64,000 bases of DNA from NCBI RefSeq assembly GCF_001457595.1, contig NZ_LN831039.1, forward strand, positions 1,652,729-1,716,728, read 5' to 3'. The DNA comes from Mycolicibacterium smegmatis. Its GTDB lineage: Bacteria; Actinomycetota; Actinomycetes; Mycobacteriales; Mycobacteriaceae. Both the position numbers and the translations under genes were made by a program. The notes beneath the pieces were generated by a model that searched no databases, was not told where the DNA came from, and saw nothing but the letters and a program-made list of their open reading frames with translations. This document shows positions 9,905 to 18,957 of this stretch, one piece after another; position 1 is the first letter of the stretch, and each line of letters begins with the position of its first letter.

Positions 9905-11146
9905 TCACGGCAGTTTCGTCGAGTTCGGCGCGGGCTCGTGCGAGGGCAGCGGGATGGTCGCGGTGACCGCGGTGCCCGCGCCGGGCCGTGAGCGGATGTT
10001 GAGCCGCCCGCCCACGATCTCGGCGCGTTCGGCCATCGACAGCAGGCCGTACCCGCTCATCTCGTCACTGCCGAGCGGATGTTCGAATGTGTCGAAACCG
10101 ATTCCGTCATCGACGATTTCGAGTCTCGCGATACCGTCCTCGACCGCGAAGGTCAGACGCGCGGTGGTGGCGCGGGCATGCTTGACGACGTTCTGCAGGC
10201 ATTCCTGCGCGATGCGGTAGAGCGCGAGCTCGATGTGGTCGGGCACGCGGGTATCGGCCAGGTCGACGTCGAGGTCGACCTGGGGGATCGACCTGGCCAG
10301 GCTCGCCAGCCCGCCCGAGAGGCCGAGGTCGTCGAGCACCGGCGGGCGCAGCCCGCTGATCGCGGCGCGCGCCTCCTGCAGCGTCAGGTCCGCGAGTTCG
10401 CGGGCCTTGCCCAGCTGTTCGGCCACGGCCCGCGGGTCGTCGGCCGCGCGGGCCGCGGCGTCGAGCCGGTAGGACAGCGTCACGAGCCGCTGTGAGATGC
10501 CGTCGTGGATGTCGGCCGCGAGCCTGCGCCGCTCGAGTTCCTGTGCCTCGATGACCTGCTCGACGAAGTTCTCGTGCGCGCGTTCGCGGGCCACGAGTTG
10601 CCGGTGCAGACGGGCCTGGTGCAACGCTCCGGCGATGAGCCTGCCGATCACCACGAGCAATTCCACATCACGCGGCGTGAACTCGCGTCGCCGCACGGTG
10701 TGCACGTTGAGCACGCCGACCAACCCGCCCGGCTCGGCCTCCATCGGCACCGACACCATCGACGTGAAATCCCGCCCGCGCAGCGACTCGAACGGCATGT
10801 AGCGGGGATCGGCCTCCTTGTCGTGGCTGATCACCACGGGCTCGCAATGATCGGCGACCCATCCGGAGATGCCCTGCCCGATGGGCAGCCGGATCTTGCC
10901 GACCTCGCTGTCGAACGGCGGTGTGGCCCCGGCCAACGTCAGCGACCGGTCGGAATCGTCGAGCACGTGCACGAAGCACACGTCGGTGCCGGTCGCCGCG
11001 GTGATCATGCGCGCCGCGGCCGCGGCGAGCGGTTCCACCCCCGGCCCGCTGGACGCGGCCTGGATGAGCTCGCGCAGCAACGCCAGCTCGCGGTCGGCGT
11101 CGACGAGGTCGCGCACGGGTTTCACGGCGCGTTTCGCGGCGTTCAC
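9905..11146 (-). CDS. sensor histidine kinase, GAF domain plus HisKA_3/HATPase (NarL-partner type)
   Basis: GTG start overlapping the regulator stop (GTGA). GAF domain. H-box HDGISQRLVTLSYRLD. HATPase_c G-boxes. Confidence 0.85.
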   Translation of the reverse strand: MNAAKRAVKPVRDLVDADRELALLRELIQAASSGPGVEPLAAAAARMITAATGTDVCFVHVLDDSDRSLTLAGATPPFDSEVGKIRLPIGQGISGWVADHCEPVVISHDKEADPRYMPFESLRGRDFTSMVSVPMEAEPGGLVGVLNVHTVRRREFTPRDVELLVVIGRLIAGALHQARLHRQLVARERAHENFVEQVIEAQELERRRLAADIHDGISQRLVTLSYRLDAAARAADDPRAVAEQLGKARELADLTLQEARAAISGLRPPVLDDLGLSGGLASLARSIPQVDLDVDLADTRVPDHIELALYRIAQECLQNVVKHARATTARLTFAVEDGIARLEIVDDGIGFDTFEHPLGSDEMSGYGLLSMAERAEIVGGRLNIRSRPGAGTAVTATIPLPSHEPAPNSTKLP

Positions 11147-11805
11147 TGGTAGATGCCTTCACGCAGCGCCGTGGCCACCGCGCCCGCGCGGTCGCTCACA
11201 CCCAGCTTGCGGTAGATCGAGCGCAGGTGGGTCTTCACGGTCTCCTCGCCGATCACGAGCTTGTTGGCGATGCCGCGGTTGGACAGCCCCGCCACCACGA
11301 ACGACAGGATCTCGCTCTCGCGCTGCGTGAGCCCCTGCCGTGCGCCCGGCCAGAACTCGTCACGCTGAAGGCGCGCCGCGGTACCTGCGGCTCTGGCCGC
11401 CATGACCGGGTCGATCGCGGTCTCGCCGCTGTGCGCGAACTCCAACTGGTGCACCAGATCGTCGCTGCTGATGCTCTTGAGCAGGTAACCCGCCGCGCCC
11501 ACCCGCAGCGCCTGGAACAGGTACTGCTCGTCGTCGTAGACCGACAGCATCACGACCTTGCGTTCCGGATTGCGTTCGAGCAGCGTCTGGCACAGGTCCA
11601 GGCCGCTGACACCCTGCATCCGGACGTCGCACAAGACGATGTCGGGGTCGAGTTCCTCGACCACGCTGACGGCCTTCTCGGCGCCGACGGCCTGCCCGAC
11701 CACCAGCACGCGGTCGGAGAACGCGGCGAGCATGGCCTTGAGCCCCTCGATGACCATCTCGTGGTCGTCGACCAGCACAAGGCGCACCGGGCTGGAGGGC
11801 GCCAT
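11143..11805 (-). CDS. NarL/LuxR-family response regulator
   Basis: The ORF track extends to 12015. The internal ATG at 11805 gives MAPSSPVRLVLVDDHEMV with a receiver Asp and a C-terminal LuxR HTH (LTQRESEILSFVVAGLSNRGIANKL). 220 aa. Confidence 0.88.
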   Translation of the reverse strand: MAPSSPVRLVLVDDHEMVIEGLKAMLAAFSDRVLVVGQAVGAEKAVSVVEELDPDIVLCDVRMQGVSGLDLCQTLLERNPERKVVMLSVYDDEQYLFQALRVGAAGYLLKSISSDDLVHQLEFAHSGETAIDPVMAARAAGTAARLQRDEFWPGARQGLTQRESEILSFVVAGLSNRGIANKLVIGEETVKTHLRSIYRKLGVSDRAGAVATALREGIYQ

Positions 11806-11903
11806 GGCAACACGATAGATGTGCGGGAACCGTCGGTGGCTCAACTCCCGCGCGCAATTCGCCTGCCGAATCCCCCGTAGGGGGGACGCGGGAACGCTGT
11901 GAC

Positions 11904-12728
11904 ATGCGCCACTCTGACGGTGTGTCCCCTGTACAGGAGAAAGCATGGCGTGCCGGCAGGTTCTGGTGGGACTGTACGCAGTCGGCTGACCCCGGTGCGC
12001 ATCCGCTGCGAGCACTGATCCTCGATCTCGACGCGATGTCGGATCTCGACCTCGACGGGCACCGCGTCGTGTTCAACGCGGCGTTCGCCGCGCACGGCCT
12101 GGAACTCACATGGTCACCCGCGCGCTACCGGCAGCTGCTGGCGCTGCACGACGAACGCCAGCGCGTCGGCGCCGAGCTGCGCAAACGCTGCGTCGGACCC
12201 GAGTGCGACGTACTGGTGGAACTGCTGGCCGACGAGATCTGCGCGACCAAGGACATGATCTTCGACGAGATGATCCTGGACCTGGGGCCCTCGCCGCGGG
12301 CGGGCCTGGTCGACCTCGTGATGGACGCGTTCGCCGACGGGGTTCCGGTGGGCGTGGTCTCGGGCGGCAGGCGGCGCTGGGTCGAACCGCTCGTGCGTCA
12401 GTTGGTGGGCGACGGACTCGTCGACACCATCGTGACCGGTGACGACGTGAGCGACACCGCCGCACGCGGGGAGGCCTACCGCCACGCACTGTGGGAACTC
12501 GGCGTCGCGCCGCACGAGGCACTCGGCATCGCGGGGTCCGGCGCTGCCCTGCGCGCAGCCAACGCCACCGGGCTGGGCACTGTGCTCGTGGGCGCCGACA
12601 CCGATGGAGCGGGCCGGCCCGCCATCGCGGTGCGCGCGGACTACGCGTGTGCCGACGGCCTGCGCCTGACCACGTGCCGACGGCTGCTCGGTCAGTGGTG
12701 GGCCCAGCACAGCCCGTCCGCGGCCTGA
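11904..12728 (+). CDS. HAD-superfamily hydrolase
   Basis: Motif I LILDLDAMSDLD and HAD core. The start is uncertain. No alternative in-frame start lies closer to motif I. Confidence 0.65.
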   Translation: MRHSDGVSPVQEKAWRAGRFWWDCTQSADPGAHPLRALILDLDAMSDLDLDGHRVVFNAAFAAHGLELTWSPARYRQLLALHDERQRVGAELRKRCVGPECDVLVELLADEICATKDMIFDEMILDLGPSPRAGLVDLVMDAFADGVPVGVVSGGRRRWVEPLVRQLVGDGLVDTIVTGDDVSDTAARGEAYRHALWELGVAPHEALGIAGSGAALRAANATGLGTVLVGADTDGAGRPAIAVRADYACADGLRLTTCRRLLGQWWAQHSPSAA

Positions 12729-12758
12729 AACCCGCCCAGATCTCTCCGACGCAGCGCT

Positions 12759-12787
12759 GAGGGGCAGATCCGCGGGATCTGCCCCTC
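12759..12787. terminator. perfect 12-bp stem / 5-nt loop hairpin between the convergent HAD and mmsB genes
   Basis: GAGGGGCAGATC-CGCGG-GATCTGCCCCTC. No U-tract, as is typical in mycobacteria. Could terminate both strands. Confidence 0.5.
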
Positions 12788-12808
12788 AGTGCAACTCGTG
12801 CGTCCGGA

Positions 12809-13681
12809 CTAGCCGCGCAGCAGTTCGATGACCGCGCTGAAGTCCTTGTCCGCGTGCTCTTCGTTGAACTTGGCGTAGATCTCGGCGGCGTGGCTGCCGA
12901 GCGGTGCGCTGGCACCGGTCGACGACACCGCCGCCATCGCCAGGCCCAGATCCTTGTTCATCAGCGACGTCGCGAAGCCCGGCTTGAAATCGTTGTTGGC
13001 CGGTGACGTCGGCACCGGACCGGGAACCGGGCAGTTGGTGTGCACCGACCAGCAGTTGCCGGTGGCGCCGGTGATCACGTCGAACAGCGACTGCGCGGAC
13101 AGACCCAGCTTTTCGGCGAGCACGAACGCCTCACCGATCGCGATCTGCTGCACCGCCAGCACCATGTTGTTGCACAACTTGGCCGCCTGCCCGGTACCGG
13201 ACCCGCCGCAGTGAATGATCTTGCCCGCCATGGGATCGAGGATCGGACGTGCGCGCTCCACGGCGTCGTCCTCACCGCCCACCATGAACGCGAGCGTGCC
13301 CGCGGTGGCACCCTTCACGCCGCCGGAGACCGGCGCGTCGAGTTGGGCGTGGCCCTTCTCGAGGGCCTGTGTGTGGACCGTGCGGGCGTCGTCGACCGAG
13401 ATGGTCGAGGTGTCGATGAACAGCGTGCCCGTCGGCGCCGCGGGCAGGACCTCGGCGTAGCAGGACTTCACGATGTCGCCGTTGGGCAACGACGTGATGA
13501 CCACCTCGGCTTCGGACGCGGCCTCGGCACCGGTGCCGAACACCTTGATGCCCTTGGCCTCCGCGGCCTCCCTGGAGGCGGGCATCGGGTCGAAACCCCG
13601 CACGGTGTGGCCCGCGGCGGCGAGGTTGGCCGCCATCGGGCCGCCCATGTGGCCCAATCCCAGGAACGCAATGGTCGCCAT
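12809..13681 (-). CDS. mmsB: 3-hydroxyisobutyrate dehydrogenase
   Basis: The ORF track extends to 14128 through an Arg/Ser-rich read-through. The internal ATG at 13681 gives MATIAFLGLGHMGGPMAANL (Rossmann motif). 290 aa. Synteny mmsB-fadE9-mmsA. Confidence 0.9.
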   Translation of the reverse strand: MATIAFLGLGHMGGPMAANLAAAGHTVRGFDPMPASREAAEAKGIKVFGTGAEAASEAEVVITSLPNGDIVKSCYAEVLPAAPTGTLFIDTSTISVDDARTVHTQALEKGHAQLDAPVSGGVKGATAGTLAFMVGGEDDAVERARPILDPMAGKIIHCGGSGTGQAAKLCNNMVLAVQQIAIGEAFVLAEKLGLSAQSLFDVITGATGNCWSVHTNCPVPGPVPTSPANNDFKPGFATSLMNKDLGLAMAAVSSTGASAPLGSHAAEIYAKFNEEHADKDFSAVIELLRG

Positions 13682-13697
13682 CTGATCTCCTGTCCTG

Positions 13698-14885
13698 CTA
13701 CGCCGTGGCGCGTGGCCGGGCCGCATCTGCCTGATTGCGGGCTGCGCCCGCGACAGAACGACCGATGACCACACGCATGATTTCGTTGGTTCCTTCAAGG
13801 ATGCGATGTACCCGGAGATCTCGGACGATTTTCTCCAGGCCGTACTCGCGCAGGTAGCCGTAACCGCCGTGCAACTGCAGCGCCGAGTCGGCGACGTCGA
13901 AGCACGTGTCGGTGACGTAGCGCTTGGCCATCGCGCACAGCGTGACCTTGTCGGGATGGTTGGCATCGAGTGCCGATGCCGCGCGCCACAAAAGGTTTCG
14001 CGATGTCTCCAACCCGGTCGCCATGTCGGCAAGGGTGAACCGGATGGTGGGCTCGTCGAGCAGCGCCGCGCCGAACGCCTGCCGGTCGGCCAGGTACCCC
14101 ACGGCCTTGTCGTAGGCCGCCTGGGCACCGCCCAGCGAGCACGCCGCGATGTTGATGCGACCGCCGTTGAGCCCGTTCATCGCGATACCGAAGCCCGTGC
14201 CCTCGGTGTTGCCGAGCAACGCCTCGGCGGGCACCCGCACGCCCTCGAAGATCACCTGGGCGGTGGGCTGGGCGTTCCAGCCCATCTTCTGCTCGTCGGC
14301 TCCGAAACTGAGCCCCGGCGTGTCCTTCTCGACGATGAACGTCGAGATGCCGCGCGGCCCTTCGCCTCCCGTGCGGGCCATCACCACGTACAGATCCGAG
14401 GTGCCCGCTCCCGAGATGAACTGCTTGACGCCGTCGAGGACGTAGTGATCGCCGTCTTTGACCGCGCGGGTGCGCAGCGCCGCGGCGTCGGACCCGGCGC
14501 CCGGTTCGGTGAGGCAGTAGCTGGCGATGGTCTCCATCGACGCCAGCCTGGGCACCCACGTCTTGCGCTGGTCCTCGGTGCCGTACGTGTCGACCATCCA
14601 CGCGCACATGTTGTGGATCGACAGGAACGCCGCGAGGGTGGGATCGGCCGCCGACAGCGCCTCGAAGATGCGCACGGCGTCGAGCCGCCGCAACTCCGAG
14701 CCGCCGACGTCCTCACGGCAGTAGATCGCACCCATGCCGAGTTCGGCCGCCTCGCGCAGCACGTCGGTGGGGAAGTGGTGTTTGTCGTCCCACTCCAACG
14801 CGTAAGGCGCGATGCGTTTTTCGGCGAACGCGGCCGCCGTCTCGACGATCACGCGTTCGTCGTCGTCCAGATCGCTCAGGTACAC
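13698..14885 (-). CDS. acyl-CoA dehydrogenase (isobutyryl-CoA dehydrogenase, FadE9-like)
   Basis: ACAD N, M and C domains. GTG start. 395 aa. Confidence 0.88.
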   Translation of the reverse strand: MYLSDLDDDERVIVETAAAFAEKRIAPYALEWDDKHHFPTDVLREAAELGMGAIYCREDVGGSELRRLDAVRIFEALSAADPTLAAFLSIHNMCAWMVDTYGTEDQRKTWVPRLASMETIASYCLTEPGAGSDAAALRTRAVKDGDHYVLDGVKQFISGAGTSDLYVVMARTGGEGPRGISTFIVEKDTPGLSFGADEQKMGWNAQPTAQVIFEGVRVPAEALLGNTEGTGFGIAMNGLNGGRINIAACSLGGAQAAYDKAVGYLADRQAFGAALLDEPTIRFTLADMATGLETSRNLLWRAASALDANHPDKVTLCAMAKRYVTDTCFDVADSALQLHGGYGYLREYGLEKIVRDLRVHRILEGTNEIMRVVIGRSVAGAARNQADAARPRATA

Positions 14886-14891
14886 GTGTTG

Positions 14892-16412
14892 CTACTTCAT
14901 GGTCGGGATGACGAACTCGGCGCCATCCTTGATTCCGGACGGCCACCGCTCGGTGACGGTCTTGGTCTTGGTGTAGAACTGGATCGAGGCCGGTCCGTGC
15001 TGGTTGAGATCGCCGAAGCCGGAACGCTTCCAGCCGCCGAAGGTGTGGTAGGCCACCGGAACCGGGATCGGCACGTTCACGCCGACCATGCCCACCTGGA
15101 CCCGCGAGACGAAGTCGCGGGCGGCGTCGCCGTCACGCGTGAAGATCGCCACGCCGTTGCCGTATTCGTGCTTGGTGGGCAGGCTCAGCGCCTCTTCGTA
15201 GTCGTGCGCGCGCACGATGCACAGCACCGGGCCGAAGATCTCGTCGGTGTAGATCGACATGTCGGTCTTGACGTGGTCGAACAGGGTGGGGCCGATGAAA
15301 TAGCCGCCCTCGAGGCTCTGATCGTCGAACGTGAGTTCGTCGGTGGCGCGTTCACGGCCGTCGACCACCAGTTCGGCGCCGGCCTCGACACCCTGGCCGA
15401 TGTAGTCCTTGACGCGGTTGAGCGCGGCCTCGGTGACCAGCGGGCCGTAGTCGGCCTTGGGGTCGAGGCTGTGGCCGACGCGCAGCTGCTTGACGCGCTC
15501 GATGAGCCTGGCGCGCAACCGGTTTGCGGTTTCCTCGCCCACCGGAACCGCGACGCTGATGGCCATGCAACGCTCGCCGGCGGAGCCGTAGCCCGCGCCG
15601 ATCAACGCATCGACGGCCTGGTCGAGATCGGCGTCGGGCATGATGATCATGTGGTTCTTCGCGCCGCCGAAGCACTGCGAGCGCTTACCGTGGGCGGCCG
15701 CGGTCGAGTAGATGTACTGCGCGATGTCGGAGCTGCCGACGAAGCCCACGGCCTGCACGGTCGGGTGCGTGAGGATCGCGTCGACGGCTTCCTTGTCACC
15801 CTGCACGACCTGGAAGACGCCCGGCGGCAGACCGGCCTCGATGAACAGCTCGGCCAGGCGCACCGGCACCGATGGGTCACGCTCAGAAGGCTTGAGGATG
15901 AAGGCGTTTCCGCATGCGAGCGCGGGGCCGGCCTTCCACAGCGGGATCATGGCCGGGAAGTTGAAGGGCGTGATCCCCGCGACGACGCCGAGGGGCTGAC
16001 GGATCGAGTAGACGTCGATACCGGTGCCCGCGCCCTCGGTGAACTCGCCCTTGAGCAGGTGCGGGATGCCGACGGCGAACTCGATGACCTCGATGCCGCG
16101 CTGGATGTCGCCCAGCGAGTCGGCGACGGTCTTGCCGTGCTCGATCGAGAGCAGTCGGGCCAGCTCATCGGCGTTCTGGTTCACCAGGTCGATGAACTTC
16201 ATGAGTACGCGGGCGCGGCGCTGCGGGTTGTAGGCGGCCCACTCCTTCTGCGCCTCGGCGGCGCCGGTGACCGCGGCGTCGACGTCTGCTGCTGAGGCCA
16301 GCAGCACCTGAGCCTGCACCTCGCCGGTGCTGGGGTTCATCACGTCGGCGGTACGGGTCGAGCCCGCGCTGGTGCGCCGGCCGTTGATGAAGTGCTGGAT
16401 CTGTGTGGTCAT
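14892..16412 (-). CDS. mmsA: methylmalonate-semialdehyde dehydrogenase (CoA-acylating)
   Basis: ALDH superfamily with catalytic Cys context (FGGAKNHMIIMPDAD) and GSTAAG-like motifs. 506 aa. Confidence 0.92.
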   Translation of the reverse strand: MTTQIQHFINGRRTSAGSTRTADVMNPSTGEVQAQVLLASAADVDAAVTGAAEAQKEWAAYNPQRRARVLMKFIDLVNQNADELARLLSIEHGKTVADSLGDIQRGIEVIEFAVGIPHLLKGEFTEGAGTGIDVYSIRQPLGVVAGITPFNFPAMIPLWKAGPALACGNAFILKPSERDPSVPVRLAELFIEAGLPPGVFQVVQGDKEAVDAILTHPTVQAVGFVGSSDIAQYIYSTAAAHGKRSQCFGGAKNHMIIMPDADLDQAVDALIGAGYGSAGERCMAISVAVPVGEETANRLRARLIERVKQLRVGHSLDPKADYGPLVTEAALNRVKDYIGQGVEAGAELVVDGRERATDELTFDDQSLEGGYFIGPTLFDHVKTDMSIYTDEIFGPVLCIVRAHDYEEALSLPTKHEYGNGVAIFTRDGDAARDFVSRVQVGMVGVNVPIPVPVAYHTFGGWKRSGFGDLNQHGPASIQFYTKTKTVTERWPSGIKDGAEFVIPTMK

Positions 16413-16571
16413 GACATCCGTCCAAAAGAGGGTGTGCGCGGTGATATCGCTCGGTGTGATCCGAGATACTTGGATATCCTAGTAATTCGTCGGAGGGTTT
16501 GGCAATAGCCCCTCGGTGCGCCCGGGGCGACGCCCTTTAAATTACGGAACCGTATCGTTATTATTTTGTCC

Positions 16572-18077
16572 ATGGCAGCCACCGATTGCGACGTGATCGT
16601 CGTGGGCGCCGGGCCGACCGGCCTGACCCTCGCGTGTTCCCTGCGCCTGCACGGACTTTCAGTTCGTGTGCTCGACGGCGCGGCAGGCCCCGCGACGACC
16701 TCGCGTGCGAACTTCCTGCACGCACGCGGTTCGGAGGTGCTCAACCGGATCGGAGCCCTTGGCCCGCTGCCGGACGAGTCCCTGCGGGCCATGCGCATCA
16801 CCAACTACCTCGGTGACCGACCGGTGATGACGCTGGCTTTCGGCGATCCCGGCATGCGCACGGCCGCACCACCCATGGTGGTGTCACAGGCCAGGGTCGA
16901 AGCCGCGCTGCGGGCCCGGCTTGCCCGGCTCGGGGTGGAACCCGAGTGGGGCAGGAAGGTGGCCGGTGTCCGGCAGGCCGGGGACCGGGTGGTCGCCGAT
17001 CTCGCCGACGGTGTGCAGGTGAGCGGACAGTGGCTCGTCGGGTGCGACGGCACGTCGAGCGTCACGCGGGAGCAGGTGGGCATTCCGTTTCCCGGCGTCA
17101 AACTGTCGGAACGTTTTCTGCTGGCCGACATCCACCTCGACTGGGCGGTGGACCGCGGCGGGACCACCGGCTGGATCCATCCCGATGGCGTGGTCGGCGC
17201 GATGCCGATGCCGAGCGGGGACGGCCGCAACGACCTGTGGCGCCTGTTCGTCTACGACCCCGCGCTCAACCGAAAGCCCAGCGACAGTGAGATCCTGCAG
17301 CGCATCGAACAGATCGTCCCGTACCGCACCGGCCGCGCCATCACGATCGGGCAGCCGGAATGGTTGTCGATGTTCACCGTGCACCGCCGCCTGGCCCAGT
17401 CATATCGGCGCGGACGCGTGCTCATCGCAGGCGACGCCGCGCACGCCCACGCGCCGTTCGGCGGGCAGGGAATGCTGACCGGCATCGGAGACGCCGAGAA
17501 CCTCGCGTTCAAGCTTGCACTCGTGATCCGCGGACTCGCGGCCGATGCCCTGATCGACACCTACGAGGCCGAACGCAGACCTCTGGCCACCGAGGTGCTC
17601 CGCGGTACCAGCGCGATCACGCGGGTCAACGTCGCGAGCAATCCGGTCGGCCGGTTCCTGCGCGACCGGGTGGCCACCCGGATCTTCGGGCTGCCCTTCG
17701 TTCAACGGTGGACCACCTACACGGCGTCGCAGCTGTGGGTCAGTTACCGCAAGGGCCCGCTCGGCGGACACGGGCGCAAGCCGCGTCCCGGTGACCGGAT
17801 CGACGACCGGCCCTGCACCCGCGCCGACGGCGCCGCCACCAGGCTGCACAACGAACTCGCCGGGCGCTGGGCGCTGCTGTGGCCGCGAGACGCCCCGGCC
17901 CCTGGTGCATCCCTACTCGCCCGGCTCGGTGACTTCGGCGTGACGCTGCGGCACGACGGGGCCGAAGCCATGCTGATCCGCCCCGATGCGCACCTCGCGT
18001 GGCGTGGCGCCCCCGACGACACCGCTGGTCTCGACCATTGGCTGGCAAAGGCTTTGGGCTCCGGGGCGGTGCGATGA
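16572..18077 (+). CDS. FAD-dependent aromatic-ring monooxygenase (PheA/TfdB-type)
   Basis: GxGxxG (VIVVGAGPTG), DG and GD motifs (LIAGDAAHAHAPFGGQGMLTGIGDA). ATG 16572 is preferred over TTG 16566. Confidence 0.85.
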   Translation: MAATDCDVIVVGAGPTGLTLACSLRLHGLSVRVLDGAAGPATTSRANFLHARGSEVLNRIGALGPLPDESLRAMRITNYLGDRPVMTLAFGDPGMRTAAPPMVVSQARVEAALRARLARLGVEPEWGRKVAGVRQAGDRVVADLADGVQVSGQWLVGCDGTSSVTREQVGIPFPGVKLSERFLLADIHLDWAVDRGGTTGWIHPDGVVGAMPMPSGDGRNDLWRLFVYDPALNRKPSDSEILQRIEQIVPYRTGRAITIGQPEWLSMFTVHRRLAQSYRRGRVLIAGDAAHAHAPFGGQGMLTGIGDAENLAFKLALVIRGLAADALIDTYEAERRPLATEVLRGTSAITRVNVASNPVGRFLRDRVATRIFGLPFVQRWTTYTASQLWVSYRKGPLGGHGRKPRPGDRIDDRPCTRADGAATRLHNELAGRWALLWPRDAPAPGASLLARLGDFGVTLRHDGAEAMLIRPDAHLAWRGAPDDTAGLDHWLAKALGSGAVR

Positions 18078-18673
18078 CCGGGCCTGGTCGTGGCCGGCCC
18101 CGCGATGCCGAGGCCGACCGCGCGATCCTGCAGGCCGCGCTGGAGGTGTTCATCGAGCGCGGCGTGGAAGGCTCCAGCATCGAACAGATCGCCAGGCGCG
18201 CGGGGGTGGGAAAGCCCACCGTCTACCGGCGCTGGTCGTCCAAAGAGGATCTGATCGCCGCCGCCATGGAGACGCTGGTCGCCGAGGAGGTCCTGTGGGC
18301 CTCACCGGAGGCGATCGAGAGGCAGTCCCCGCATGTGCTCGTCGAGGCCGCGATCGAGAGCGCCGCCGCCACCACGGCCACACCGTCCTACCGGGCGCTG
18401 GTCGCGCGTGTGTACGGTTCCGCCGTGAGCCATCCGGGTTTGATGGCCGTGTACTGGGATCGCTACATCCTGCCGCGCCGCGCGCAGGCCAGGCGGCTTC
18501 TGGAACGGGCCCGTGAGCTCGGAACCGTCTCCGAGGACACCGATCTCGACGTGGCCATCGACATGATGGTCGGTGCCATCACCTACCGCGTACTGCAGCC
18601 GGATCCGCCCGACGTCGACGGGATGCGCCGGTATCTGCGCGCCGTCTACCGACAGATAGGGCTGCTTTCCTGA
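18074..18673 (+). CDS. TetR-family transcriptional regulator
   Basis: ATGA overlap with the monooxygenase stop. HTH block SIEQIARRAGVGKPTVYRRWSSKE. Confidence 0.85.
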   Translation: MTGPGRGRPRDAEADRAILQAALEVFIERGVEGSSIEQIARRAGVGKPTVYRRWSSKEDLIAAAMETLVAEEVLWASPEAIERQSPHVLVEAAIESAAATTATPSYRALVARVYGSAVSHPGLMAVYWDRYILPRRAQARRLLERARELGTVSEDTDLDVAIDMMVGAITYRVLQPDPPDVDGMRRYLRAVYRQIGLLS

Positions 18674-18699
18674 GTCCTGAACTGCTACCGTCGACAGCG

Positions 18700-18939
18700 G
18701 TGCGCCGGGAAGCCTGGTCGGCAAGAGTTGGTTCTTCGACCAGGGAGGGCACCGATGGGTGTGTCAGTGGAGCGGACGGCGGTCGGTCCGACGCTGATCT
18801 GCCGCCGTACTGGGCGGCCAAGGCGTTCTGGGTCGCGAGCGCGTACGGCACCTGGTGGCACTATCTCGTGGTCGGCGCGGTGTACAACGTCGTCGTCGCA
18901 TGGCCGTTGTTCCGGAGGTTCCAGGCCAGACACGGGTGA
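18700..18939 (+). CDS. possible small membrane protein (79 aa)
   Basis: The C-terminal half is a convincing hydrophobic segment (WAAKAFWVASAYGTWWHYLVVGAVYNVVVAWPLF). The start is unclear. Confidence 0.25.
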   Translation: MRREAWSARVGSSTREGTDGCVSGADGGRSDADLPPYWAAKAFWVASAYGTWWHYLVVGAVYNVVVAWPLFRRFQARHG

Positions 18940-18957
18940 GCACGCCGAACCGGACTT

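Noticed and set aside
12809-14128. Long ORF-track extensions upstream of true starts (12809-14128 for mmsB, 11143-12015 for the regulator, 24432-25550 for rmlC, 29416-31422 for the receiver fusion, 45385-47007 for eccD4)
   Set aside because: The N-terminal extensions are Arg/Pro/Ser-rich read-through of GC-rich upstream DNA with no stop codon. Internal starts that restore conserved N-termini, have RBSs and form stop-start overlaps are preferred.
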